Shown piece after piece: positions 13,745 to 27,832 of a DNA stretch of 64,000 bases (the first letter of the stretch is position 1; each line of letters begins with the position of its first letter). Made by a program: the position numbers and the translations under genes. Under the pieces are notes generated by a model that was given only the letters and a program-made list of their open reading frames with translations, made no database searches and was not told where the DNA came from. The stretch is from Trichoplax adhaerens (lineage: Eukaryota; Animalia; Placozoa): assembly GCF_000150275.1 (NCBI RefSeq), contig NW_002060955.1:3282-67281 (forward strand), read 5' to 3'.

Positions 13745-16743
13745 ATGAACCACGACGTAAAGAAATTTTCAATCACAAATAACGATGGACTACATATTTA
13801 TCGTTCTGCCGAGTCTATATCGGGCATATTAGAACTAGAAATCTCTAAGCCCTTACGATTGCGTTGTTTCAAAATACGTCTACATGGTCGTGTTAAAACC
13901 AGGATTGAAAAGGGAAACTCAAAACAATCAGGATTTATTTGCAGTACTCATGATATCATTAGCTCATCAATTCTAGAAAAAGGCAAAGGTTGTAGAATTT
14001 CCTAGTTTATTGAATAAATTATTCGTATAAAGAATGTAACAGTTAAACACCGCTTATTATGACATAGTAATTGAATAAATAGTTAACCTACTAAAGAGCT
14101 ACTGTTAAAGCAATTATCAGTTATACCTAGTATCCTAAAATTTTATCATTATTGGAAAGATTAGATTTAGTCTATTCACTAAGGAACATTTTACTCATGT
14201 TATTTTCTTTGCTTACCTGACACTCATTCAGCTTCGATATTTTTATCTGAATTTTTAAATCATTTAATTTTATAATGATCTTGCTATCTTCATCCTTTAA
14301 ACTCTCAAAATTCAATCTTGAGTCTTATCGTACCATATTTTAATGTTTTTCTAATAGGTAAAGAACTTTCCTCAGTGGATGTATATCTTATGCTTCCCGG
14401 AGTTTACTCTTATGATTATAGTTTTCAATTACCAAATCAGAGAATGCCTTCAAGCTATGAAGGTATCAGAGGTAATAATATCCGCTACATGATTAAGTCA
14501 TACCTGTATTTAGCAGATGGGTTACCTACTATCAAAGCGAAAGAAAAATTTACCTACTTTCAAAATATTGATTGTAACGCTTTTGAATATCAGGTAAGAC
14601 ATAGCGCATTTTTAACAATCCAATTTCATCCACTGAATTAAGCAGGTAACAGTACACGCATATACCAGTAAATTTTTAGTTCGTTACACTTCTCGTATAC
14701 ATAGTATTCAATATACTGTAGTATTTCAATAGTGCATTAAAATTTGAAGTTTATTGCCATAAATCGGCTTAAAACTAATAAAAAACTGTATACATCCACG
14801 TGCAAGTCAATAATAATATTATAAGCGAAAGATTGGTAGATTAAAAATTTTCAAATCCTTTGTCCAATTACACCATAACAACATGTGCAAACATATTACG
14901 GCACGAAATCAGATATGGCCTTGTAATATCTTTAAATATTAATAAAATTACATTATTTCGTGAATATTATTGGAAGGAAATTTCTTGATTATTATTGCTA
15001 GAAAATCTAGCGCTTGAGTTATCAGTATCACATTCTTTAATTTAAATATGACAATGATAGGATCTCAATTGCTTAGTCACATAATAAAAGCTCTAAGTAT
15101 TTTTACTATTCTGATAGCATATCTATTTCTGAGGCTGTCGCTATACCGAGACAAGGCTAGCCGACTGAAGAAATCGAAATTGCTAAACATAATTTAATGG
15201 TTTAACTACTACCTTGCTTAGATTTGATCCTTTCCCGTTTTTAATTGTGTATGAATGCTCAATCTCAAAATGTATTGACGTTATATCAGCTACCATCAAA
15301 TTAAGAAATCAGGAGTTTTCAAAATAGCTAATATCTTAGATGGGTTATTAACAGCTCTATGGAGATTTATACAATATCTACGGTCGGCTATCGCATCAGA
15401 TTTAGCAGTACTTCATGATCATTGCTTTCTCAAGATCATTGGATCTAAGAGTTGTCTGCCATGACCTTAATAAAGCTTTAACAGACTTAGCCATTGATAC
15501 TGTAATATACAGAAATGCATATATCCCTAATGGTATATCATGAATCTCAATATGTTCTATAATATATTGTACTATTTGAATTGAAATCATTTCCTCTGTA
15601 ACTGCGTGACAAAAAGTGTATCGTAGTGATATGCTAAAATTTATCTGAAATAATTTATAGAGTAATATTAAAATTGATTTTATGCGTTACATTAACTGAA
15701 TGAAGATTACATAATTTCTTATCTTCTATTTTTCTAGATGATGACTAATTTACTTGAAATCGAAAAACGACTCTCCTTTCTATGCTACCCTTATGGGAAA
15801 CTGTTGATTTCTGGTCAAATTGACAGAATCGCTTATTGCCCCGGCGATACTCTAGAAATTTTATTTGCCGAAGTCGAGAACGAATCAAAGCGTTCTTTAC
15901 CTAATATTTCAGTTGATCTTGTTCAAATAGTTCAGCGTTCGGCAAAACGTAAGTTATTGAAAATAACTCATAAACAAGGACATTCAACAGCAGTACAGAT
16001 GATATTAAATTGTGGAATTGCAAAAATATTTTCCAACGGTAGAAATTTCTTCATTACTGGAAAGATCATATATAGAGTCGAATGCACTTATCTGTCTCAC
16101 CTTTTTGCAAGCAAAAGATCGACTTATTACTGCTCTCCAATACTATTATACTTGGTATAAATTATAATTTTTTATATATTTATTCGCTATAATAGATTAT
16201 CGACAGAAGGATAAGAACATTTATTCTCTTGTTGTATCTGATGGATTGATGTCGCCAGCATCTAAGGCAACCTTAAAAAACTTTAAATTTGTTATTCCTG
16301 ATTTAAGTCCAACTAATACAAGCTCCGATCTTATTAAAGTAGAATATTACTTAGATGTAAGCGCTTAGAAAATTTATGTGATAGTTGATCTGATTCCAAT
16401 ACTTGAATCATTTTCGAGGAAATACTGATACAGATGCTTTGATTTTACGTCATGACAGATATTCACTAAGCTACCTTACTACACAAAACACAGCATAAAA
16501 CTTCCAATTGTTATTGCCACTATACCTAAAAAAAAAATATGCACGAACTCAAGATCAAGATTAAAAATAAAATTACCTCAAGCATCGCCGCCGTTACTAG
16601 AACGAGGCCAATCCCAACATATCATCCAATTGGAACCTTACCCTTGTTTACCTCCTACGTGCTCTTCTAGTATTCCGGCAACGTTAAGCAACAGAAATCA
16701 ATCCAACGATGAAATTTTATGCAATACATCAGGTAAGTATTAG
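13745..16743 (+). CDS. Alpha-arrestin (arrestin domain-containing protein) A, ~378 aa
   Basis: GT-AG exons 13745-13988, 14358-14593, 15738-15948, 16196-16356 and 16459-16743. An alternative end uses a donor after 16732 and a last exon 16801-16817. Motifs: ISGILELEI, RLHGRVKT, PGVYSYDYSFQLP..MPSSYEG..NNIRYMIK, IDRIAYCPGD, IPDLSPTN..IKVEYYL, LPIVIATIP. The frame is continuous across junctions. Confidence 0.85.
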
Positions 16744-19741
16744 AAATTAAATCTCTAGATGAAGGAACTATGAAAAACACGTATTCTTCATGTTTATCAG
16801 GAGCACTTAAAGAATGATATCTATCCGATTTACAATTTGCTAAATGAATCGAAGCAGTACCTGTTATAAGTTCGTTTACTAGTAAGCTGGTACATAGCGG
16901 TACCGGTAGTGCATGTCTCAGCATTGAGATAATCTACTGAAATGATATATATACAATTCAAGTAAAGCTAAGGATACTAGGATCAGTTGTAGAAAATGTA
17001 TTTTAATCTAATAGCAGAAAATACCTAAGGAAACTGAGTAGATTTGACGTTATAATCAGCACTTTTATGACCTTAAAACTTTTTCCCCGCAGTCTGTTAC
17101 CAAAAGTTGACCAAGTTGACATCATTAAATAGTCTTTTATTGATTAATTATTCTCTTAAGCAACATTATCAAATTATATTCATATAGCATCGTTAATTGT
17201 CAGGCCTGAAAGAAATAAATCCTATAGAAACATTATGCAATTTTAATTTTTAAGAATTTAAGCATGTTAGATGGAGCTACTAAGGGATCCGTAATCTCAG
17301 TTTTGATTAGTACCTGTATTGCGTCAGTAATAGTATATTAATAAAGTTTTAGAGATTGTGTTATAATTTTACGTAAACTTATAGCTCATAAATACTGTTT
17401 CTAAAGTATTTATTAAGAGTCGCTTGTTAACTAATTTTCTCTATTTGCGATTTGGTTAAGGTCAATCTTTTCTTCTTTGCTGATAATGCTTGAACTGGGA
17501 GTCACAAATTATACTCTGTGGCCAAAGAACGCAAAATTAGGTTCTTTAAGTAGTCTACGTAGTTAAACACTTTTAATACCTCTCATAGAACATACGCAAA
17601 TAACAGCAAAAAAGATGGAACTATTATTAGGACACTGCATTATTCGACTATTTCCCGTTTATATAGGAGCAATCGTAATTATCAGCAACTCTAGTTTATT
17701 TATTGTTCTTCTCTAGGATACGGTATGTTTGTTCAACTACAATATTCCTAACTTAGCTTTTCCATTGCTTATTTTAGTGAATAGCACTATAGCATTGCTA
17801 ATTCATGAACTGACTAGTTATGATGCATATATTTTCAGCGATTCTATTTAGTCTAGTACGCAAATAAGTAATAGTATTATAAGAATTGCAACGATGATAT
17901 AGCGAAACTTTATCTTTTTTATAAGTCTTGTAGCTACAATTTTTGGCAATATATTATCAACTTGACTGACATTTAATAAAATTTTAAAACCCTTTGAAAA
18001 ACATAATAAGTTAATTATAGGAGTAGAATTTAGACTCTTGTCTAAAATTGATCTACCGCCTATATAAATAGTATAATTGAAGGTGATGTCATACATTCCT
18101 ATGATAAGTCCAGTACTTCGAAAGTAAGAGTCTTATTCAAGTTCTTGATGATAATAATTAGCACACCTTTATCTAGTCAGCTTCAGTCAAACTATCATAA
18201 ATTGATCATAAATACATTATTATTAATTACAAAGTATTAAGACGAAGAAGTAAATAATTATTTCAAGTACTATATGATACTTAAGCCGTATACGTTCTGA
18301 TATTTAGGCCAATAAAACTTTTCATAACGTTATATCCTAAGGCACTACAAATTATATAAATTATACCTTAATTCTCAAGAAGATATCCACCTATTATAAC
18401 ATAATTTGGCTTCCATTGAAATATATTTTTTACCGCCAAAAGAATCGTTTTCTATATTTACGTATAGCTTAGTGACCTTAATTTTAGAAACCTCATCATG
18501 CATATCTTCTGAAATTCTCTTATAAAGCGTTTTATGGCAGTAGTATGTTAGCTAACCAAATCGTTTCCCAAAAACATTGTCCGCTACTCGAATCATGGAG
18601 ATCATAACTTATATTAAAGCACGTATTGAACAGTTGAAATACCCCTTACATTTCGAAAATTATTGTGGTATTAGCTGAGTCATAAATGATAAAAACTGAC
18701 TACTAATACATTTGAAAAATGTTATTATATGCATATTGCCTATTATAAAATTTCATTTCTTATCCCGAAGAGATAAATGTGTCAGCATTGGATGAAGCAA
18801 TATCTTAATGCGTACCAAAAACATCAAATAATTTTAATGACTTAGGATAGCCAACTGAGTTGACTTAAATACTGCATTCTTCAATGTAACGCTACTACAG
18901 CAATACATATGTACTGTAGCATACTACGTCAACCAAATAGGTGACCAAAATAGCTGACGATATCTATCACTTATATGATTTACGATTAAAATAAGTAAGA
19001 CGTAGCATTGAATTAGACTATTATTCATCCCATACATTACTAGCATTCATTGCAACCATTTTATAGAGAGATAATGACTTTTATTGATGTCAAAACAGGT
19101 CAAAATAAGCAATACACTACTCGAGCAACAATTGATTACATATTTAATTTGTTTCCAATTTGCAAAGTCTTATAGAGCAATTGAAATATTCTACCATTCC
19201 ATGATGGCAATAAATTTAGCACTGTTTCTGGCCAAGGTAAAGTCAACTCTTAAATAACGCTTCCGTTAATTGATAATGATTTTATTATTAAATGCTAATT
19301 AAATTAGATAAAATCAGATTTTTTTAGACATTTTACTTGTTGATTTGAGCACCCAAAGGTAACTTAGGACCACAGATATAGATATTAATTGTAACATTCA
19401 ATCACATTGATCGTCTGCACCTTTTCGAAAAACAGCAATGACGTGATAATCGACCACCTTCTACAGAGCTATCAGCCAATTATATACAATATGCTTAACT
19501 TGTCACTGATAATGGATTATTAATTAAATTAATTACGTATAATGCCGTTTTTGTATTGCATTTTTCTTTAAAAGTATCGATCCATTGCGCCTTTTGAGCC
19601 TTTCTACGTTTTATATGTTGAATAAGAGTTAACTTTTCAATTTGAAATATGCTACAAAGTATCTTTACCATCTTCTAAAATGGCTGGTTCAAATTGGAAA
19701 TAACTGACATTTAATTCTGTTAAAAAAATTCAGGAAATGTC

Positions 19742-22091
19742 ATGTCGATTAAATCGAAAAGCCTAAGAAGATTTACAATTCGACTTGCCAGAGAAGAAAG
19801 CGTTTTTTATCCCGGAGAAACAATCTCTGGCAGGGTCACCATAGTTTTGGTATCGCCTATAAATGTTAGCAATGTACGTTTGCGATTTTATGGTAGAGCT
19901 AGAGTCAGTATTGCAAAAGCTGGTCAGGAGGAATCGACTTATGATGAACAACTGTATGTAGATAAATCAGCCATTCTATTCGGCAAAGGTATGCACTTTT
20001 CTTAATCATTAAGCTTTACTAGTTATTAATAATTTTAAATTTTCGCTTTTAATAAATCTATCTAATATTTAAACGTCCTCCTTATCTAATTAATCATCAT
20101 TACAGATAAAATGACAAGATCGATTCGCGCTTCAAAATTGAGCGAAGGTCGTTATGATTTTGAATTCAATTTTCCATTACCAAGTAGTGGCTTACCATCA
20201 TCATTTGAAGATGGAAATGGTAGTAGTATACGGTATATTATTGATTGCTGGATTGAAATACCCAAAAAGCAAACGCGAATAGCTAGAAAAGCAGTAACCA
20301 TATTAGAAACTATAGATACAAAGTTACCACAATTTAGTGTAAGGATTATATTTTATTTACTTCGAATCTAATTCTTGGGCTTAATATCAACAAAGCTTAC
20401 TTATTAAATGTATTAAAACTCATAGAATTATATAGCCTATTATACAAATAATAAGTTTAAGTGCACGAACTTCTAGAACACTTACAAAGAATACTTATTT
20501 ATAATTAATATATGTTTTCCGCATATAACTAGGAGCCATCTATTCCGATTGAGATAGAGAAAAAATTCGGTTGTTTTTGTATCAATTCGGGAATGATTTC
20601 GTTTGCATGCAAACTAGCTAGAAAATGTTACTGCCCTGGAGAGAATGTTGTTCTTCAATTAGACATCGAAAATGGCTTGCCGCAAAATTTAACCTCCATA
20701 AAAGTGAAACTAGTTAGAAAGTTATACATGCGTGCACATGGTAAGACTTGCTAGAATTTTTTTATAGAATCAATCGAAATGAAACATCTTATCGTATCGT
20801 ACTCCTTGATGTTGCTGTATCTTGATTCTAATCATTATAAAAAAAACAATTATAACCATGCTACTTCTAAATTATTTAACTCTTTCATAGGCAATAGTAC
20901 CATGAGTCGAAAGGAATACATTAGCAAAGATCTACTTTGTCATATCAATTATCACGATAAATATTCATCTCCGATTAATGCCTTTGTAATGCCATGTATA
21001 TCCCCCACCAATTTAATTTCTCGTCTTATTCAAGTAGAATATTTATTAGAGGTAGGTGCCTTAGTCCTGCTAATAAGAACTTTAAAAATTAGAGCTTTCA
21101 ATTCCTGACTTTGAAGGAGATTAGATACGCTATTTTTTACGAATATAGAGATAAAATTATCGTTTCTTATCCTTAAGCTTTCATTATTCTACAGGTAAAT
21201 GTAAATGTTAACCGAAGATCAACGTTAGCCGTAGTATTGCCAATAATAGTTGGGACTATTTTGCCTAATATAATGACAATAGCAGAAACTAAATTAGATA
21301 CAAGTGGTCAACCGGCAATTGTCATTTGCTCCCCTGTTACAGTTACCCTACCGCGTGAATATAGCTTCAGTAACCGAACTTCACTTAAGCATAATACCGT
21401 CGAGAGAAAGATTTCCAATAGCTCTGGAGATACTATTAAAATTTCCTTAGACGATATGAAGATTACAAAATCTGAAGAAGTAGTAAATTCAAATTCAAAT
21501 GAAGAAGTAGTAAAATCAAATGAAGAAGAGAAGGAAATTTCTAGTTTCGTCGTAGGTAAGCACGAACCAAACATATTCGCCAACGCGGAGGGAGAGACTG
21601 AGAGTAATCTAGCGTCTCCTATGGTTGGTCGTTCAGGTAAGAATAACGAAATTATGATTTATGAATCGTTAGACCTTGAAATTGACCATCATTGTGTTGT
21701 TAGATACGATATTTATGCTAATAATAGCGTATAATCTGTATCGTAATAAGATACAGAAGGAAGTATTTGTTGCCTATGGCAGTAATCAATTCTCTAAAAT
21801 TGGCTCTATGCAAAATAATTGAGATCTTGCTTGATTCAAGACAGGCAAAATGATATTTACGATAGTAAATCTAAGTGAAACTTGATTTCGATCATTTTAG
21901 TGGTTCTCAAGAATAAATTGTCATTGAAATTGAATGATGCGGATAATACGGATAGTACGGAGCCTTCTAACTTTGCCCCATGCATTGATGGACCAATAAG
22001 TACTGTAGAAGAAGACGATATCAATTGTGTCTTCATTGGCAATACTCAATTTATTCCTCGTTATAGTTATGCTTGGCAGCCTGAAGTATGA
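19742..22091 (+). CDS. Alpha-arrestin B, ~493 aa, with a long acidic/Ser-rich tail
   Basis: Exons 19742-19988, 20106-20338, 20533-20740, 20891-21051, 21195-21636 and 21901-22091 (sum 1482 nt, open). Motifs: FYPGETISG, GRYDFEFNFPLP..LPSSFE, CYCPGE, SPTN..IQVEYLL, LPIIVGTI. The tail exons are less certain. Confidence 0.87.
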
Positions 22092-25000
22092 TCTTGAAAC
22101 CTGTGCCGTAGTCCAATAAATTTCTTCATATGTTAGGTAATTAATAACAAAGTATCTATCTAACAGTAAGTAACCATAATTATATGATTATTGTTCTAAT
22201 AATTCCTTTTCACCTGCACATGCAGTTATAATTTCAATATTCTCCAATAGATCCTAGATCACATCGTTATGAATTGTTTAGATAAATTCGGTATATATAA
22301 CATGTATTCCGGGATTGACCTAATATATGCAGTACAGCACATCCTACACTTCTACCGTTAGCGTTGAAAGTTGTAGTCTCTACGATTTATATTAGAGCAT
22401 GCTTCCAGTTATTCATCATTTTATACGTGAATCATTGATAACTAAACAATTATGGTTACATAAAGTTGAAATAGTCTCTAATTTGCTGAAGAAGTTATCA
22501 GTTTCTAAAAAAATATGCGTATGATGCAAACAGCATTATAGTAATATTTTCACAGCTTTTCAAGCTAATTGTCGCGACCTCGATATAATAAATTGCTTGT
22601 ACTTATCTAGATTAGCACAGCTTTTCTATCTTAAAGCGCTACAACTTAGTAATGTCTTTCTCTATCGTATAAGAGTGTTATACAGTATCGTTGGCATAGC
22701 TGAAGTGCTTGAACCATGCAAAGGCGCTAGATAAGTTAATTTGGATGATACAGTATTTAAGAGGAAGTTTGACTTTGTTAGAGCAGATTTTAACATGTTC
22801 TTAAGTAAAGACAGAGGATTAAAATAATTGCAAATAATGCGTTGTTGTGAGTTTGAGCTATATTACGTTTATGCTTCCGCAAACCGGACCCAATTCATAA
22901 CATTAACTAATAAAGTAAATATGAAATTAAAATAGCCTTACACATGCAAATTCTTATATATTTATATGTAAAGTAAGTCCGTGAAGAAGTAATCATGCAA
23001 AATAAAATAAATCATTGTAATTACGTCTATATGATTTATGTTTATCGAAAAGTTTCAATACAAGATTTATCACGATCTTGTAGAACCATTGACGAGCTAC
23101 GAAACGAATGCATTTAACTATTGAAAACGATTTTAAAGAATATCTACCGTCTATTGAACTAGAATTATTGGTGCAAGTAATCCAAGTACAGCACCACAGT
23201 ACAGTTTGTCTAACGAGTTCATGCAATAAATTAGACTATTAATTATTATTATTATTATTAATTTAACTTTATTTATTAGCATGCATAAATGTCATTTTCC
23301 AATATACATAATAATCGTCAGTTTGCAGTCTTCTTACCTGTACCTTATACAAATTACGGCAGATTTATACTATAGTAATTGCAGTAATATTTAATTTTAG
23401 CTTGGACCGCAGGCCTATGATAGTACTTAGCTTATTGGTCAATGTGTACATTAACACGAGTATTTGTTCAGCTTTCACTATCTACCACTTCCACCAGCAA
23501 GATACTACCAACACTAGCAGAAATCGAAATTCTTTAATAATACTTCAATACTATGTAGCGATAATTCTATAATTAGTAAATGACGATTCCATTTGCTTGA
23601 TTACTGCGATGGCGAACTGCTGTGTGTTAAAGAAGCTTGGTGATAAATAGCCATATTCTTCTGTATCTGTTCACTAATCATTCTGATTATGATACGTTAT
23701 AAATCCGCTCTGCACAAATGCTCTCTACTTTCCAAATCAGCTCTACACCACAAACTAGAACCAATCTTTAAGTTTACAATATTTAGGGAATCATTTGAGT
23801 CTTATCACTTATCACTTCTGCACTCAACTAGATAGTTTGCTTTTATGCTTAAGTCTAAATTTAGAGAATAATCTTTATTAGGTACTTGTGTACTATATGT
23901 GCTATATTACAAGCTACTAATGATCAGATCAGTAGCCTACTTGCTCCTCAAGATCTGTAGGCAAGGAATTTATACTCAATCGCTTACTTAATATAATAGG
24001 AATGATAGACATTGCATCTAGTTTCTATTATACATGGTCAAATTGTAGCATTATTTAAGAATAATTTAGGGTAAAATATGTAAATTACTTTCAGTGAATA
24101 AACAGACAAGAAATCACTCTGCAACCAATTAATTTCAACTATAATTTAAAATTGCAATCATGGTGTTATACAGTATGTAGTTCATCCTAACAAGTATCAC
24201 TATGTTTAAAAGAGTTTTTAAAATATTAAAAAAGAACAACATTTCTTGTAAATCTGCATTTTCTTGCATTGATTTGGTTAACTTAACTGTATTAAGGGGC
24301 TGTCTGCTACCTTCAGTCTATCACTATCTAACCTACTGTAATAAAATCGACGACTTCAATATGCACAGTTGATTGAAAGGTTAGTTCTCACTACTCAATC
24401 CTATCTTGTCAAATTAAGTCACAAGATCAAGCTAAATTGAATATTGAAAAAATATGAAAACAAAAAATAGCATTTGTTGTAAAGCTTCACTCTAAAACAT
24501 AGTCTAGGGTTCATCGAACAGTACCAAGAACTAACTACCTTCGGTTTACAGCTGTCGACCTTGTTACAAGAAGTCTACAATCGATAGAACATATTATACA
24601 CGTTCAAAGCAATTTGCAACATCATGCAAGTATTTCGCTCTGCGTACGCCATAAGAACAGTAAATATACACTCCATTGAACTTAGCATCGAATACAACTT
24701 GCTTCGTAATTGCATGCTATGTATGTTGCTGTAATCGGACATGGCATTAGATTGAAGATTGTTAGCCATGTTGAAAATATGATGTACAGGAGCGAAGCTT
24801 ACTCGATTTATCCTAAGCCATAGTACCGGATAACTATAGCATAGATTTGAAATGAGGATACCTTAAACTACAGGATATTCGAGAACAGATGGCAATGAAC
24901 AGTATCGAACAGTTTTCCTTCACTTTTATACACTGTCTAGGTCCATGTATATCGTAGGAATATATGTGCAAAGTAGTCTCCTAAATGGACAATTGCAGTT

Positions 25001-25634
25001 GATTAAAGACCACTCACTGTATAAAATACTGAACAGACTATCACGGCCTACAAGGAGGATCTAAAAGTCCATGGCTCTACTGATTATTTTACTGTCCTGT
25101 AATGAAAGACAATCCATCGCGATCGAATGGTGACGAAGTACAGCACATAAACGACTACAGAACTATAGCTCAGTGTTGATTTAGCTCAACTCGTTCAGCT
25201 GGCTAGTAGATCAGTTAAGAATCGAATTCGTTGTAGGGAAAGTAAGTATGTGCTAGTTTAAAGAATGGTGCAATAAAAGTATCCTATTTTAGAATACCCT
25301 CGAGCACAGTACTAATCGGACTAGCGCAGCTAATGAACCAATTTTCCAACAGAGTTTCCAAGATCCTAATACGGTGTGCAAGCACTCTTGATGCTAGAGG
25401 TAAAAGTAGATATGGAACTCCTATACTTGGGCATGACTAGTTTAGCATACTGTGGCTAAAGGAAATAGGCATACATAGAAATACTGCAGCTCTTATTACC
25501 GTCATCTATTGTAAATAATTCGCCTTCGTATATGTTGCTAATTATGACCTGAAGAATTGCAACATAAAGTAGAATATTGCTATTCTGATTGCAACCTTAA
25601 AAGTTACGATAAGTTTGCAAGCAGGCGACTTTAG

Positions 25635-26620
25635 GGTGCTCAGTAGTTCTTTCTAAAGTCTTCTTGGTATTGTAGTTTTAAAAATTCTGCTAGAGTACGT
25701 CGATGTGAGTGCTTGTGATCGCTTCTACTCTATGCTGTTGTAAATTATTATCATCAAGCAAAGTAATCAGTTCTTTCTAAAAGTCTTCCTAGTATTGTAG
25801 TTTTAAAATTCTGCTACAGCATGTCGATGATCGTGCTTGTGATTGCTTCTACAGTAGTCTATTCAGTTATAAATTATTATCATCAAGCAAGGTACTCAGT
25901 AGTTCTTTCTTAAAGTCCTCCTGATAGTTTTAAAAATTCGGCTCGAGTATGTCGATTATCGTGCTGGTGAATGCTTCCATCTTATGCTTTTGTAAATTAT
26001 TATCCTAAAGCAAGGTACTCAGTAGTTTAAAAATTCTGCTACAGTATGTCGATGATCGTGCTAGTGATGGCTTCTACTCTATTTTGTTGTAAATTATTAT
26101 CATCAAGCAAGGTACTCAGTAGTTCTTTCTAAAAGTCTTCCTGGTCCTGTAATTTTAAAAATTCTGTTACAGTATGCGGATGATCGTGCTTGTGATGGCT
26201 TCTATTCTATTCTGTTGTAAATTATTATCATCAAGCAAGGTACTCAGTGGTTCTTTCTAACAGTCTTCCAGGTACTGTAGTTTTAAAAATTTTGCTAGAG
26301 TATGCGGATGATCGTACTTGTGATCCGTTTTCTCTATGCTGTTGTAAATCATTATCATCAAGAAAGGTACTCAGTAGTTCTTTCTAAAAGTCTTCCTGGT
26401 ACTGTAGTTTTTAAAATTGTGCTAAAGTATGTCGATGATCGTGCTTGTGATCGCTTCTACATGATGCTGTTGTAAATCATTATCATCAAGCAAGGTACTC
26501 AGTAGTTCTTTCTGAATGTCTTCCAGGTACTGTCGTTTAAAAAATTCTGCTAGAGTATGCAGATGATCTTATTTGAGAACGGTTCTATTCCATTCTGTAG
26601 TAAATGATTATCATCATGCA
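25635..26620. repeat. Tandem array, ~128-bp unit, ~8 diverged copies
   Basis: The anchor GGTACTCAG, or a variant of it, recurs at 25635, 25762, 25891, 26014, 26111, 26239, 26366 and 26494. Spacing is 123-129 bp, with one deleted 97-bp unit. Confidence 0.95.
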
Positions 26621-26960
26621 AATCCTATCGTAATGATGGTCTTGATCAACAGCATAGAGTAGCAGACTCTCTCTCCAATCGAAGAATCTACGTGTAGAAA
26701 GTCAGTAGCATGATATCTATCCTGTTTCAAAATCAAGCAACTATCCTCATTCTGTAGACCAGCCACCGAAAGGGTCGCAAACATGGCAATGTTTGGCCCC
26801 GCTTGTTCTACTTCGTCCTTGTAGCCAGATATTTCCAAGCTTGCAATATTATGCAAATGCATGGTGTATTACTAATTAATTGATGATCTTTGATCGAACT
26901 TGATGATTTCTTCATTATACTAACACTATTGCTGAAGACAACATGATTACCATATTGTCC

Positions 26961-27107
26961 AAGATGGCCATCCCTAAACAATAGAACAGTAGGAGATCCT
27001 GACTAGGACTACTCCATTCGCCATATTAGGTAATTACTGGGCGAATAATTCATCACTCTACTATACAGTGTGCAATACTACAGTAGACTTAAGTTGGGAG
27101 TATAAAA
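26961..27107 (+). promoter_or_regulatory. Putative promoter of the CARD gene (TATA box and YY1-like motifs)
   Basis: TATAAAA at 27101-27107 lies 36 nt before ATG 27137. AAGATGGC is at 26961 and CGCCATATT at 27019. These are motif matches only. Confidence 0.35.
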
Positions 27108-27136
27108 AGGGAAGAAAAATTATTAATAGTAGCATC

Positions 27137-27826
27137 ATGACTGAGGTCTGCAAATTTTCTGCATAGTTTATGTTGATAAAATTCGGAAGGTACTATCGCT
27201 GTTTGTAGTCGTTGTTTTCGATGAACAGCACTTTAGGATGTATTTTGGTGCTGTAGCATAATGTTTAATAACATTATGCTTCTTAATTGCTTCATTTATA
27301 GACGACAAAAAAGAGAAAGATGGATTCACGTCAGAGAAATACAATTATCAAGCATTTCACCTTAATATGCCACAACATTCCGACACAGAGATCGCTAGAA
27401 AACTTTAGTCAGTTAATCAATGATGATAATCGGCGTTACTTGGATCTATTGCCCAATGATTACCAAAAGAAAGAAACATTGTTAAACATAATCTTGCAAA
27501 CGGAACGAAATAATATTTTTCAAGAATTACTTGATTTTCTATGGCAATTTAATGCTACTGAAGGCAATTTAGGAGAGATCGTTGCAAGAACGTACAAAAA
27601 TGAATTAATTCAAGTAGTTAATTGGCAGAAAAGCAGCGAGGTAAACCTTAGAAGGCATACTAAGACTGTGTATCGCAGCGTTAGGGAAATGCAAGATATC
27701 CTTACATCGATCCATGATCAAGGTATTTCATATTCAAAAATAGATCTTCCAGTATCACCTACACTACCTACAATACAGCCAATAAATAAGATCTTTTTCA
27801 TTCAGCAATTCAACTTCATTAAGTGA
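27137..27826 (+). CDS. CARD (death-fold) domain protein with an APAF1-type CARD, apparently CARD-only
   Basis: ORF 27320-27826, MDSRQRNTIIKHFTLICHNIPT...PNDYQKKETLLNIILQTE..FQELLDFL, follows the APAF1 CARD pattern as I recall it (MDxxxRNxhhxH...IxT...QxxxxLhxhIL). A likely micro-exon 27137-27145 (ATG ACT GAG|gt) splices to the acceptor tttatag|27302, giving MTETTKKRK in frame. A further donor is possible after 27722. Confidence 0.68.
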
Positions 27827-27832
27827 ATGTAC

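Noticed and set aside
17848-18096. 82-aa ORF ending in a basic plus hydrophobic tail (tail-anchored/SNARE-like)
   Set aside because: The I/L/K/F/N bias is expected from AT-rich non-coding DNA; no SNARE heptad or other exons.
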